Assembly: GCA_053919585.1 (NCBI GenBank)
Contig: CM132783.1
Source: Euprymna scolopes
Lineage: Eukaryota
Strand: one strand, 5' to 3'
DNA: 64,000 nucleotides
Each line of letters starts with the position of its first letter. The first letter of the stretch is position 1. Made by a program: the position numbers and the translations under genes. Positions 1-13,069 of this stretch are shown here, piece after piece. The notes below the pieces were generated by a model. That model saw only the letters and a program-made list of their open reading frames with translations, was not told the origin of the DNA and ran no database searches.

Positions 1-26
1 TATAAAGCAAGTTATGTTTATATATT

Positions 27-61
<35 letters not shown>

Positions 62-74
<13 letters not shown>

Positions 75-2063
75 TGAACGTCTGTACGTGTGTGTGTGTG
101 TGTGCATAGTGTCTGGTCATGAATAGGCTCCTATATGGTTTGCTATTTAAAAAAACTGATTACATATAATGATAGAAAATGTATCGAGGACCAGGAATGG
201 GTATTTTTGACATGGAAGACCGGTGGTTCATTAAAATTGTGGGGTATGCATTCGCGCCTGGCCCCCAAAGTATGGAAATAAAAAATAATAAAAAAAAAAA
301 ACGTTTACAAGGGTTTTTGATATAGATGTACATAAGAATACTTTGATAAGTATGTTTCAACTTAAATAGGGATGGTATAATAAAATTGTGTGGTCTGCGT
401 TCGTGCCTGTACTCCATATATGGCACAAACTTTAATAAAGACTTTTCATATCTATTTGCGTAAGTATACTTTGATAATTATGTTTCAGTTTGAAGAAATA
501 TGGTATAATAAAATTATTGGGTGTTCGTTCGCACCTGACCTCCATAGAATGTAAATATGTCACAAAGTTTAACGAGGTTTTTTAAAAGGGTTGAGGGTCC
601 ACAATAACACCTTAACTTTAATCTTAATTCATGTTAGCTTTTATTTATTTTTTTGAGTTGAATCATATTGTGTCGAATAAATTCACCTCATAAATTCACG
701 TTCTTATTAAAGTGAAGGCAAAAAAAAAAAAAAAGTTGGAACTTTAGACAATTCTCGACACAAATTTTGCATAACTCTTTTTTCTCCACTTGCACGTGGC
801 ACTCTTTCGAAAATAGATAAATAGATAGATAATAAAAAATAAGAACGTTACTTGTTATCGTGTAAAAAGAAGGAAAAAATCCTGCTCACGTGATTACATG
901 TCTTTAAAAACATTTACATAATTTTTTATTTTTATTTATATATCTGTTTAAGCTTTTTTCTGTCAGTATACTAGAAGGAATTAAGTTGATTACAACCCTT
1001 TCTGCGTGTTCTTTACATTACAATAGTACAACCCGGAATCCGACGGCGCAATACTACACTGTTCAATACTGTAAAACTGAAACGAAGCTGTTCTGCTTGA
1101 AAAGGGCGCTATTTTCTTATTCATATTTCTATCGATTCTTTGCTTTAAAAAACTAAAGTAATTACGTGTTTACTTCTTTAATATCCCATTTTGCTGTTTC
1201 GGATCATTTTACTAAAGTAAGTAAAGCTTCATTATTTTTCAAAACTGTTTTTGTTTCTTTGTTTTTCAATATTTCGTCGATATTATTTAGTAAGAGTGTT
1301 TAGTAGAAAAGCCAACAAACGACTACCCGAAAAAATAAATATACAAGAAATAAATGTTACCATAGTCAATAAAAGTTCAGTTCATGTTTTTGTTTTGAAA
1401 GAGTTTTTAATGCTCTTTACTTGAAATAATTTCAGCGAACCGAAATTAAAACGAAGTTTGAGGCAATAACTACTTAACTGAATTTTTATATAAACTACAC
1501 ATGCCATAATCGAATATTCCTTAAGCACAAAATAACGGAAAACATTAAAATATATTTATAGATATTCCTTATGTTGACGGAACTCTCTTAAATTGTTAAC
1601 ATAGAATGCTCAGGTGTCCCTCCTTCAAATTGAAAACGAGACTCTCCATTTCAAAGTCGCTGCCATTTTGATTTTTTTAAACCGGTTCGTGAATTACAAA
1701 AAATTTTTTTTTTTTTACAAACTACTTAAAAATACAAACTAATGAACTTTTCTACCATAAAAGTAACTTTTATTAACTATGGTAACATTTATTTCTTGTA
1801 TATTTATATTTTCTCTTTGTAAGGAAACATCATTTTGTTGGTCACTCTTGGCTACGAATGGAAACAAAGTTGATATAAAAAAATATATTTTCGCGAAAAT
1901 TATCTTTACTTTCATCATATTTTACTTAGGGTAAAATTTTTGAGTATCAAAATCTATCTCTTTACAACCCCCTCCTTTTCATAACCTATCATACTTTCAT
2001 CAATCACAGTCCATTTTCTGTAGGCTGTTTTTGAACCCAGTCAACGATGGGTACTTCTGCTAG
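62..2063 (+). mobile_element. Non-autonomous Helitron-like element with extra internal sequence
   Basis: 3' end is a hairpin CCCAGTCAACGATGGG followed by TACTTCTG-CTAG|T (CTAG 2060-2063). It sits in a (TA)n tract. 70-590 and ~1900-2063 align with the shorter copy at 59170-59922. Confidence 0.75.
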
Positions 2064-2351
2064 TATATATATATATATATATATTCACTTCTAAACTAAT
2101 TAATCATTATGAATTTTTAAAGCCAACAGACAGATGAAAAAGGTTCCAAATGTGGGTTATGTTTAGTTTAATTTAGTTTCATGCAAAGAAGTAAGAAGGA
2201 GGTGGAAGTTCCTGGTGAAGATTCAGATTTTTGTGATATTGTCTTTATTCCGCTTTTCAAATCTATCCTTATCACTTCCTCACTCCACCTTCTTTTGCCA
2301 ACTTGATCCTGCTACCTCAACTGTTCTACATCTATTAACCTAAGCACTATA

Positions 2352-2522
2352 CAGTGTAACCCAGATATAAGACCCGAATATAAGAAAAACGGATAAAAGG
2401 GAGATTTTATCTGGTCCCAAATTAGAGCCTATGTTAATGTACAGTGTAACCCGGATTAAAAAAACCCGGATATAAGAGAGCCATAGGGACCGGAGAAGAG
2501 GTCTCATATCCGGGTTACATTA
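2352..2522. mobile_element. Short pogo/Tigger-like MITE with duplicated left end
   Basis: TA|CAGTGTAACCC(A/G)GAT at 2352 and again at 2442; inverted ATCCGGGTTACAT at ~2508-2520. Confidence 0.55.
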
Positions 2523-3323
2523 CAATTCACTTTTTCAATGTGCCAAAATAAACGAAATTGTCATCTCCATATACTGTGTGCAGGACAGGTTTCGTTGATT
2601 TGCTCTCAGTAAAAGAATAAATAAAAATATTTGTAAAAAATGGTCAGATCAATTAGATTTCAAACACCTCCAAGAAATAAGCAAAATCGAAGAGAAACCT
2701 TAGGGCCTATACCAGTTGACTTTCGATGCACATAACATTTGTAAACAAGCAGATAAAATATTCGAGTTGTTCGGGTTTTGTCACAATGTCAATTTTTAAT
2801 ATAAGGAAAACTGTTTTACTTGGGGTTGAAACCTAATTGATCCAAATGGCTTTCTGCTGATCGAATTGGTCCGAATATTGGATATTTTTAAGGTAAGTAA
2901 ACAATTAGATTTTCAGATGAGTAATTATCATGTCAGATAGGAGAGGTATGTCATAAGAGTTTAAGATTGTGAAAAGAAATAGAAAATAAATAGAAAACAA
3001 GTGATCAAAATGACAGATGAGAGAAATCAGCTGTTCATTCATTCTTCAGAAAGGTAAATAATGCGCTTATTCAATGCATGTGTGTCTGTCTCTTTTTATT
3101 TCTATGAAGAATGCTTTTGTGTTAGGTATTAGTCGGGCAACATCGGGTAGAGCGTATTTATTCATTTATCTATCTATATATTGGTCTATCTAATCATCTA
3201 TCAAAGTAAATAACAGAGATTGAATTGTGGAAAACAATAAGTTGAGCAAACATGCAGGTGCAGAAAGGTCAAAGGGTCATGTGACATGTATTAAACAGTT
3301 GACCGGTCAGTTTGCACCAGAAG

Positions 3324-6002
3324 CAGGGTTGTGGAGTCAGATGGTAAGAGTCCAACTTCAACTCCTAGAATTCTAGGATGCCGACTCCGACTTCTTTGCT
3401 ATCTTCGACTGTGACTGATTACAGACTGACTTCCGACTCCTTGGCCCCTATGTGGAAATCTATTCTGTAAATTCATATACCAGCCTACCACACCTATTCA
3501 GCAAGCATTTTATAATTACTTTTCATGTATATTATTTTTTACATTGACTTGTATAATAAACACTCAACCAGCTTTATAGAATAAGTTAAGATAAAAAGGG
3601 GGATAATAAATTTACGAGGAAATTTTATTATCAGTTCAAAAAGGAATATTTAGGGACAGAAGAGGAGAGTAAATACATAGAAATTTTAAAAGAGGATCAA
3701 AGGAAAAACAAGAAACTATTCTGAGACTAAAGCCCCTTTCAGGACTGCCAGCAATCACTGTAAAAGAGTAATAAAGAATGTGAGAGAGTTGCATGCTCAG
3801 TCTGTTTAGTCCAAAGTAGCTGAGGAGGAGCTTGGTTCCCACCAGTTTTGGCAAATAACCTCCCGTATTTCCTCTTGTATCAGAAAACATGCTATGCGAC
3901 ATACAAATATCTGTGCGTGATGTTGCCAAACTAATCAAAACCTTGATTCCAGTAAAGCAACTGGCCCTTATAGCATTCCAATTATAGTGCTGAAAAAGTT
4001 TCAACCAGAACTAGCTCCCAGACTTACAAATCTGTTTAAGCATTGCCTTAAGGAGAACTGCTTTCCAACATCCTGCAAAACTTCAGTGTGCCCTGTATTT
4101 AGGAATTGAGGTGATCGGTTATCTTCTTAGTATAGACCAATAAGTCTCCTGTGCGTCATGAGTAAGTTGCTGAAATCTGTTAAATAGAAAAGTAGTCAAC
4201 TGCCTCAGCAAATAAAACCTTAGTGACATGCAATATAGATCTACAGCAGATGTGCTAACAATTATATCACATAAGATTAGCGATTCTCTCAATGGAGACT
4301 TCCTTTCTAGGGCAATTGCTCTTGACATACCAAAAGGCTTTGATAGGGTATGGTATAAAGGCCTACTTCACAAGATCTTCAGCTATAGTATAGTTAGAAA
4401 TGTCTTCAATTATTAAATCACAGCTCACAGTATTAATGCTGGAGTTTCTCAGGGGTCCATCCTAGGCCCAACTCTCTTCCTGATTTATATCAATGATCTT
4501 CTAAATCACATTCTAAGATCATTCATAGAAATTTATGCTGATGGCACTACCATCCATGGCAACACATCAAAGGCCGTAAATGATCAAGTTCTCTCTGATT
4601 CTCTCTCCTTTGATCTTGCGCGTGTGGTGTAATGAGGAAAGAGGTGGCTGGTTATATTTAATGCATCTAAAACCAAGCTTCTATCTTTAAGTCATCAACG
4701 CTCTGATCCCCATCTGGCATCAATTGAAATCGATGGCTCTCGACTTGAAATGAAGCTTCTGGGCTTGACCTTTACTCCTGATCTGAAATGGAACACGTAC
4801 ATCAAATCTGTTGCCAAGGTCGCTGGAAAAATGGTTGGATCATTCTACCGCTCGAGTAGGTATCTCACTGCTGATGCAATTCTCTACCTATATAAGAGCC
4901 ACGTATGTCCAAGGATGGAGTACTGTTGCCACATCTGGGCAGAAGCTACTAGAAAGACTTATCCTGCTTCAACAAAGTTCAAAATAGACTTCATAGCCTA
5001 GTAGGGGTGCCCTTTTCTCTTCCCTGCAAACTCTTTCCTACAGAAGAGATGTTGCGAGCCTGTCTCTACTTTATTGTTTTTTTCGTGGATGGTGCTCATC
5101 TGAGCTCCAATCTATGGTCCCCCCTTACCAAACTTTCATGAAAAACACTCATCAAGTTGAAACCACTATCAATAATTTCCCCCACTCTTTATCTGTGCCT
5201 AAATCTAAACGTAGATTTCATGAAAAAAGCTTCTTTCTTAGAACTGCACACTTATGGAATTTTCTTCCGTTTTCCTGCTTTCCAGCTGACTGCAATTTGG
5301 TCACCTTCAAGTCCAATGTAAAGACATCCTTGATCAACTGTCCCCTTAAGTAATCTAATTTACCAAATTTCCAAATTTCTAACGATTACTATGATATTGT
5401 CCCTTTGACTTTTGTACACTCATTAACCCTTATCCTCGAGTGGCCTCTGGGCTTTGATAAGTGGTGACTCCTATATGAAAAAAAAGGAAAAAGCTATAAA
5501 GGGCTATAGTAGCATGGGCTTCTTCTTATTGATTTAGTCTCGTTTCTTTCTGATGATTGTAATTCCCAATCTATCTCGGACTAATCCAATTGCCAAATTC
5601 TATTTGATTCAGGAAGTGGATAACTTTCGGATTACAATCCGATTGTTATCCAATGTAATTCAAAGTGATCAAAGACAGAATTTTCATTGATCCTGTGTGA
5701 CGTCACAACCAAAACGAAAACAGCTGTCCAAACAGGATTCGCAGTGATCCAATAGAACGAAATGTCTTGATGAAGTAGAAGCATTACAGTACAGTACAAA
5801 ATATGATATATCTCTAAAAATAAACGCAAAACCATACAAAAACTGCTAAATTGTGCAACTGGTAAAACCAAACAGAACAACTATGAAAAAAAAAAAAAAA
5901 TATTGGACTTTAGGAGCCGGAGTCTGATAAAAATTTCCGACTTCGACTCCTAGTATTCTTAGAAATCTAAATCCGACTGGAACCTCCGACTCCGCAACCT
6001 TG
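3324..6002. mobile_element. hAT-like non-autonomous DNA transposon containing a nested LINE
   Basis: TIRs CAGGGTTGTGGAGTC / GACTCCGCAACCTTG; subterminal CCGACT repeats at both ends; 8-bp flanks ACCAGAAG (3316-3323) and ACTGGAAG (6003-6010). Confidence 0.8.
3790..5487 (+). mobile_element. Decayed LINE, RT domain to 3' tail (CR1/L2/Jockey-group type)
   Basis: Frameshifted RT motifs ALDIPKGFDRVWY, GVSQGSILGPTLFLIYINDL, IYADGT and PRMEYCCHIW; tail ...GATAAGTGGTGAC plus A-run. Confidence 0.9.
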
Positions 6003-7189
6003 ACTGGAAGTATCCAAATGAGAGCCGGATGAGACATTAGGTGTTTTAGTCTAAATAAACCGAGTTAAGTTTAGTGAGTTGGGTCCGAGAAGTTGAGGAA
6101 ACAAGATGAGTTAAACAGGTCTCCCCATAAAGGGATAACGATCTCAAAATGGATGCAGAGGAACGCCACACGTCCAAGATCGTCGATTTCACTGCATAAG
6201 ACAAGATGCCTGGGAGTGAAATAAACGAAGTTATAAAAACATACATCATCTTGTGTCTGTCTTGCATGCGTGCTTGTTATAGTAGAACCCAGCTCCCCCA
6301 AGACTAATTTCCCAGACAGCGGCCAAAAAACAGAAGGCCATACAACAACAGGTATGTCGTTATAAATGCATTGTGAATCATATGTAATGCACACACATAC
6401 CCCTATGAAGATTAGATGAGTCACGGGCAGTTAAGATAGATATTTAAGACACAAGGACACTAGTCCGTTAAACAAGCAGTTAGATAACATCCAGCTAGAT
6501 AAGAACATAAAACACAACGTTTGTATCTAAAACAAAAACATGCACTAATATACTTAATAAAAATGAAAATTTTAATCAGCAAACGTAAATAACAGACGTA
6601 TTGGATGAGAATGGTTCTAGAGAAACAACTAGAAAGTTGCAAGAAATACAATCAGCAACCAAACACAGAAAAGACATTGTAGAATTCTTCACCGGCCTCT
6701 GGCAGAATGTCACTTTCACAATTTAAATGTTTTCTTTTTTGATAAAAATATGGTAATTTACATAGTTAATTGACCTTCTATATAAAAGACAATCATGCAT
6801 TAATAATCATTTCAATTATATTTTTTTTTAAATATTAAAAGTATTTAATGCAAAAAATGAAAAGTGTAAGCCACAAGTAAAAAAAATGATTTAATTGAAA
6901 ACGTAAATCATGAAGAGCAAATGAATGCATAAAGTCTGGAAACCGTAGAATCAAATTGACACTTATGGCATAAAATACTGCAATAGTTTATATGTAAATA
7001 TTGCTTAATTGAAGCAGGAATTTTCTAACAGATTATTAACTCATGGACCAGCAGCTAAACAGAACTTGAGAATGGACTTGTCCAGCTGAGCATAATGAAA
7101 GTTCAGTCTTTTCATAAACCGGCTTTTTAATGCTATTTTCTGTTTATTTATTTATAGCTCAACTGTTTAGAAAATTGAAGATTAGAAAC

Positions 7190-7445
7190 ATCACCTTATC
7201 TGTGCATATAGACTCATTGATTATTTTGCACCATGCCATCAAGCCCAAACTAATCTTTTGATCAAAAACTATTCGATGAATGTGGCACTTCAGAAGAATT
7301 AAGCAGTGATGGGGCTCACCTTTTGATTCCCACATATTTCAGCAGTTCCTTGAGACATGGTGTGTAAAGAACAGACAGTCCTCACCAGCATACTCTAAAT
7401 TTAATGGCAAATCAGAGTTTGCTGTAAAAAACAGTAAAAGCATAA
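7190..7445 (+). pseudogene. Gypsy/Ty3 integrase core remnant
   Basis: Manual translation with one frameshift gives KLFDECGTSEELSSDG / PFDSHIFQQFLETWCVKNRQSSPAYSKFNGKSEFAVK, resembling the rve D...E region (SDG...SNGxAExxVK). Confidence 0.75.
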
Positions 7446-7563
7446 AATATTCCAGGCGTCTTATGAACCAGCTTTTTAGTGTTCTTTTAAGATTTTTTGT
7501 TTGTAGCTCAAGTGATCAGACAGTCGAGCACTACTAAATTCAATAGAACCGATTTGTATTAAA

Positions 7564-7620
<57 letters not shown>

Positions 7621-7626
<6 letters not shown>

Positions 7627-8120
7627 AGTAAAATGTGTGTCTTTGTATGTCTCGCAAAAACTTTGGACAGAGGCGACGGATCCTCACGAGATAGGTATCG
7701 TTTTAAATCTCGACCCTACGGACGACAAATATAAAAAATTGGCTAGAAACATTAATTCCTTCACCCTAAACAGGGCAGTTTTCTACAAGGAGGGATTGGT
7801 TTTTTGCGTCACAATTTTTGCAAGTCATTGTATCGGTTGGATTGACTTTGCTTAATTTGAATGCTTTCGACTTCCGGTCTCATCATGGAGCATCAGTAAG
7901 ACATCAGATTTTCTTTCACTTTCTTTTCTGCCTTTACGTCACAACCATTTTTGTTTAACACCTCTCTCCACCCTGGCTGCCTACTGTTGTTTTGATTCCT
8001 CCCTCCCGCTATTACCACTTTTTTTAACACCTCTCTCAACCCAGACTTTCTACTGTTATTTTATTCTCCCCACCAACACACATCTCTACACACCTGAGTA
8101 ACATCAGGTACCTCTGCTAG
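7621..8120 (+). mobile_element. Non-autonomous Helitron H1 (first of tandem chain)
   Basis: Starts TC after (TC)n 7567-7620; 3' hairpin ACCTGA-GTAACA-TCAGGT then CTAG at 8117-8120; homologous to 43492-43922 (minus). Confidence 0.8.
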
Positions 8121-9027
8121 TCTCTATATATAAAAGGCAAAATGTGTGTGACCATTTCGTGTATGTCTCGCAAAGGCTTCTTTCACACACGCTCCCGGGG
8201 TTGTTACACACGCTCCCGGGGTTGTTACTATCGCTTAGAACTGTTTATATACCCCTTATATAATATCTACGATTTGGCAACGTGTGTAGCGTCTAGATTT
8301 ACTTACAGCGACTTTTACAAAATTATTGCTATTTTGGCTTCTCACATGTTGATTTGGCTTTTTTGTATAAAAAGCGAAACTAATTCAAAGCTGACACGGT
8401 GTTCTCGGCATCGCGCCGGGAACGTCCACAAGCAATCAGCTTTGATCAATTTGGGGCTAAACTTCTTACATCAAACAATTACTAATCCCCTTTCATTTGG
8501 GGAGCCTGTCCCCCCCCCACCATCATCTTGGGGAAGCGAAAACTGACCCGCATTGAAGCAAAGTAAACAAACCCCAAAAAGCTGTCCTGCATTAAATAAA
8601 ATACTGCTACGTCATCTCGTAATGCTCCTGCGATTACCTCATTAAGCGGCTATCTGTCAATCAAACCTCTTTCACTCGCCTTATAAGCCTTATTTTGACA
8701 CTCTAATAAATTCCTCTTACTCCTAAGTGGTTGGCATTTGTTTCACCTCCGCGCCAAGGCTTCCTGATTCAATCCCACCTTCCGACCAAAACTATTTTTT
8801 TTTCTTTTACATCTTTAAACACTCGGGCAACGGTTTTTTTTTTTTTACTTCGCTTATTCTTTAGATTACCCACCTCCTCCTACACACACAGCATTTTTCT
8901 TTTCGCTGTTTTTTTTTTATTGCTTTTGGTTTTTCCGATTTTTTTAACATCGTTTCAGGGTTATTACTTACCCCTCCCCATACACATACCTACAAACACC
9001 CAAGCAACGCCGGGTACCCTCCGCTAG
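8121..9027 (+). mobile_element. Non-autonomous Helitron H2
   Basis: 5' TCTCTATATATAAAAGGCAAAATGTGTG; 3' ACCCAAGCAACGCCGGGT...CTAG (9024-9027); homologous to 44385-45171. Confidence 0.8.
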
Positions 9028-9550
9028 TCTAAGATATAAAAGGCAAAATGTGTGTTTGTATGTCTGCACAAAATTTTTGACACATGCAACGAACACTGAC
9101 AAAATTGGTATTGTTAAGAAGATCGATCTCTCGGACAACAAATATGTAAAAATTGGGCAAAAAGATTAATTCTAAGCTGGTCAACTGAGCCGTGTTTTGC
9201 AAGGAGAGATCAGTTTTTGTGTCAACAGTTTTGCAAGTCATTCACACCTAGCAATTTCAACATACGTTTAAAAGATGTTATTTCAAAGGCCTGTGACATT
9301 GCAAGTGCATTGTGGGCGAGACAGCTAACACATTAGCTTTTTTCACCTACTTTTCCTCTTTCACGTTCCAGGTTCAGGCATGGTTACTGCGCCTATTTTT
9401 TTTTTTTTTTTTTTGTGCTCGTGCGGGTACTTGTTACTATTTTGATTGAAGAAAATTTTTTTCTTTTCTTTTTAAGGGCTGAGTTTAGTTGCTCAATAGC
9501 TTAACTATCCTACCTCTCAACACCTGGACTACTCCGGGCATCCATGCTAG
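9028..9550 (+). mobile_element. Non-autonomous Helitron H3
   Basis: 5' TCTAAGATATAAAAGGCAAAATGTGTG; 3' hairpin CCTGGA-CTAC-TCCGGG then CTAG (9547-9550). Confidence 0.8.
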
Positions 9551-10309
9551 TCTATTATATAAAGGGCAAACGTGTTTGTGTGTGTGTGTTCGTATGTCCA
9601 ATAAAAACTTTTGTCAGCCACATCATTACAGCAGGGACCCATGATCGTTAAAAAGAGCAATCTCTCGGGCAAATAATATAAAAAAAATTAGAAAAAATCC
9701 TCAATTATTATGTGTAAAAATGTTGTTTTGTTTGAAGGGGGAGATCATGTAAAAGTCTTGGTATTGATGCAGTTTGTTAATTGCGTGTGTGCAAACACGA
9801 GTTTCTGACTTTTGGTTTTAAAGAGATAGATTTGTTACGTGATAATATCAATCACGTCTTGGTCCGATTGATAACATGCTCACTTCCGGTCTTATCTTTA
9901 GAGGGTTCGCGTCAGGCACGCCTCATTTCTTTTTTTATTTTAAAAAATATTTTTAATAACACAATTTTTTTCTACCCTATCTTAACACGATAAGTATAAA
10001 AATGTTTATTTTTTAACTTTTTTTAAACTGCTCAACAATTGTGTTCTTTTATTTTCGTGTTTTTAACCCTATCTTTTGTTTTCCAAATTACCGTGCACTT
10101 AGCAATCCTCATCATTTTTTCTATTTATTATTTTATAACTGGAAAAACTCACTATGTCTCTCTGTCTGGCTCCATTTATTGCTTACAAATTTTGCTTTCG
10201 GTTTCCATTTGAGCTGAAGGCACCAAAGTTGCAATTTTCTTTTAATAAATTAAAATATATTAAAGCGGATCTTTTTTATGATGGGGCAACGCCAAGCACC
10301 GCCTGCTAG
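9551..10309 (+). mobile_element. Non-autonomous Helitron H4
   Basis: 5' TCTATTATATAAAGGGCAAACGTG; 3' GGGCAACGCCAAGC...CTAG (10306-10309). Confidence 0.7.
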
Positions 10310-10397
10310 ATATAAAGTAAAATTAGTACCCCCCCCCCATACCTTTTTGATCAATAGCTTAATAGCTGTTTTACTACAAGCTACATAAAACGATATG

Positions 10398-11232
10398 TTT
10401 TTTTTTTTTTTTACATAGGCGTCACCACTTATCAAGGCCGATCGGCCACTCAAGGATAAGGGTTAAAGAGTGTAGAGTAGTCAAAAGGACAATATAGTAA
10501 TCAATAGTAATGGAAGTTCGGTAAATTTGTTAACTTAAGTGGAACGGCTCATCAGAAACTTGTTCACGTTGGACTTGAAGACAACCATATTATAGACAGC
10601 TGGAAAGCAGGAAAACGGAAGACAATTCCACAGGCGTGCAGTTCTAAGAAAGAAGCTTTGATCATGAAATCTATGTTTAGGTTTAGGCACAGATAAAGAG
10701 TGGGGAAAATTATGGATAATGTTTTCAGCTAGTCTAGTGTTTCTTATGAAAGTTTGGCGAGGGGGGGGCATAGATTGAAGCTCAGTCGAACACTTTCCAT
10801 GAAAATAACGATAAAGCAGAGACAAACTCGCAACATCTCTTCTGTGAGATAGAGGTTACAGCAAAGAGAAAAGGACATCTCCCACCAGGCCACAAAGTCT
10901 ATTTTGAACCCTATCAAGGCAGGACAAGTCTTTTCTAGCAGCTCCTGCCCATATGTGGCAACAGTATTCCATCCTTGGACGTATCTGGCTCTTATATAGA
11001 TAGAGAATTGCATCAGCAGTGAGATATCTACTGGATCGATAGAAGGATCCGACCATTTTTCCAGCGGCCTTGGCAACAGATTTGATGTACGTATTCCATT
11101 TAAGATCAGGAGTAAAGCTCAAGCCCAGAAGCTTGTCAAAACTTGAGGCCTCCCCAAGACGAGAGCCATTCATTTTAATTGCTGCCAGATGGGGATCAGA
11201 ACGTTTATGAAGATAGAAGCTTGGTTTTAGAT
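10398..11232 (-). mobile_element. 5'-truncated LINE, same family as 3790-5487
   Basis: ORFs 10856-11173 and 10535-10825 (KLLGLSFTPDLKWNTYI, RPRMEYCCHIWAGA); poly(A) tail reads as the T-run at ~10398-10411. Confidence 0.9.
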
Positions 11233-12599
11233 TTTGGTTTATATTGATTTAAAAAAGAATTTCGATCGATTTTAGCGATTTTCATTTATAATGTAATCAA
11301 TAATTTATGTTTTGACTTAGTTATGATAAATATCCTTACTAATTATATATATGTACACACACATGGGGTGAAACGATAAAATTGTCGCCGTAAAAAAGAT
11401 GACCTGATTCCATTTCTGTTTGATGAAAACTGGTTTTCTTTTTGTTGCAGACCATCTACAGTTGGCCAGTTGTCTATAAATCCCAAAAGCGATAGGAGCC
11501 TTCTATCATGTCTGAAAGTCACATAATGTCCAGCGAACAAGATCGGAATTGTGTCGCTGTACAACTGTTACAATACCAGAAGCCTGTTCTTGTAAGCGAG
11601 TAAATATGAAATAGGATAGTCAAGGATTCGAACTTACGAAGCTAGATTTGGAATTGAGACTTCGAATCATAAGTTAAAATACAGAATGTTACTGAAAATA
11701 AGGAATGTGGAATTGCCATTGTTTAGCTCACACAAAATAGTTAGATATCTGTTTATTGAAAAAGGAATGTAATGATGAATTTTGTTTCTGTTATAAAAAT
11801 TAAAATAAGGAATATAAAAACGGACAATGGAAAATGTTATTTGTCAAGTGGGTTACGAAAATTAGGTTAGAGGGTCGGCTTTGTAAGAAACATGTGAATA
11901 ACAATGCATGCTTAAACACGGAGGCATGTCATGCCATGTGTTCTGAGATACCCGTGCTGGTCATGCAGTGACGTCATGAGTTATGAATTTAGTTAGATAA
12001 GTCAGGATCAGTCAGTTGGAACAAGCAAGAGGAGTTAGACGGGAGAAGCTAGAAGAGTCAAGGCACTCTCTGGGAAGCAAGAGGTTTTAGAGGTAACCAT
12101 GTAAACAACATTGAATCCTTGAAATACAGAATCATGTCCGACCGGTCGAAGAAATAAACGTATTATCATGTGTTTTTATAACTGCCGTCTTGTGTTGTGT
12201 CATTCTACCAAATTAATATGAACTTTGTGTTTATAAAAATGTCCAACTGTCAAAACGTAAATGTTAAATGCACTCTCTGTCTATCTATCAAGATATTCAT
12301 AAATCTCCTCTCATTGAATTACAGGCTTGGTTCTCCTGTAGTAATCTGTACCCTACCTGTCCGTCTAGTTATATATATAAGACCTGTCCCTTTATCTCAA
12401 CAATATGAACGCTCACAATGAATATATATAATATCTAGCATCTCACAACACTCAACAACATGAACACTCCTAAGACTGTCTATCACTCTAAGACTCTTAC
12501 TAACATGAACAACAACAAATATAATACATATGTCATCTTCTAAAATATAACCCCTATGTAACACAACTCATGCTCCCTACAGATCCAAGTTATAACAGG

Positions 12600-12930
12600 A
12601 CTATTGCAAGCACCCTCAAAATGCATTGCTGGATTGCTACGAATAAGAGGGACGTGCTCAGGGTGATGATAACAAAGTTTCCTGCCACTATTATGGTATT
12701 TGCTGTAGTTTCAAGTGAGGATCACATCACGCCACTTCAAGAGACTCAGGCTGTTTTCTCACTGCTCCCATCCTCTCCAGACCTGAATCCGCTGGATTAC
12801 TTTGTTTGGTTATACGTCAAGTACGTCACCAACATGACCTCCCTCAACACTAAAGCCAACCTGATTGCCACCATCCGCTGTGTTCCTGCCAGCACTTGTG
12901 GAAAAGTATACTCCCAGTTCTGGACATATT
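12600..12930 (+). pseudogene. Tc1/mariner (maT-like) transposase fragment, internally deleted
   Basis: ORF 12570-12938 contains TKFPATIMVFAVVSS and SSPDLNPLDYFVW. Confidence 0.85.
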
Positions 12931-13069
12931 TATTTTAAATTCCTATAATTTTCAAATTATCTACAAATATAAAGCCCAATGTTTGTGTTTTCATATAGAA
13001 AGTTTAGAAAATCTACTTAAGATCAAAAAGTGTATTTTTACGCAAAAGTTATCGAGTAAAACAATGGAA

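Noticed and set aside
11760-12270. Possible solo LTRs here and at ~29160-29590 and ~47064-47400
   Set aside because: LTR-like composition only; no partner LTR, TSD or convincing termini identified by eye.
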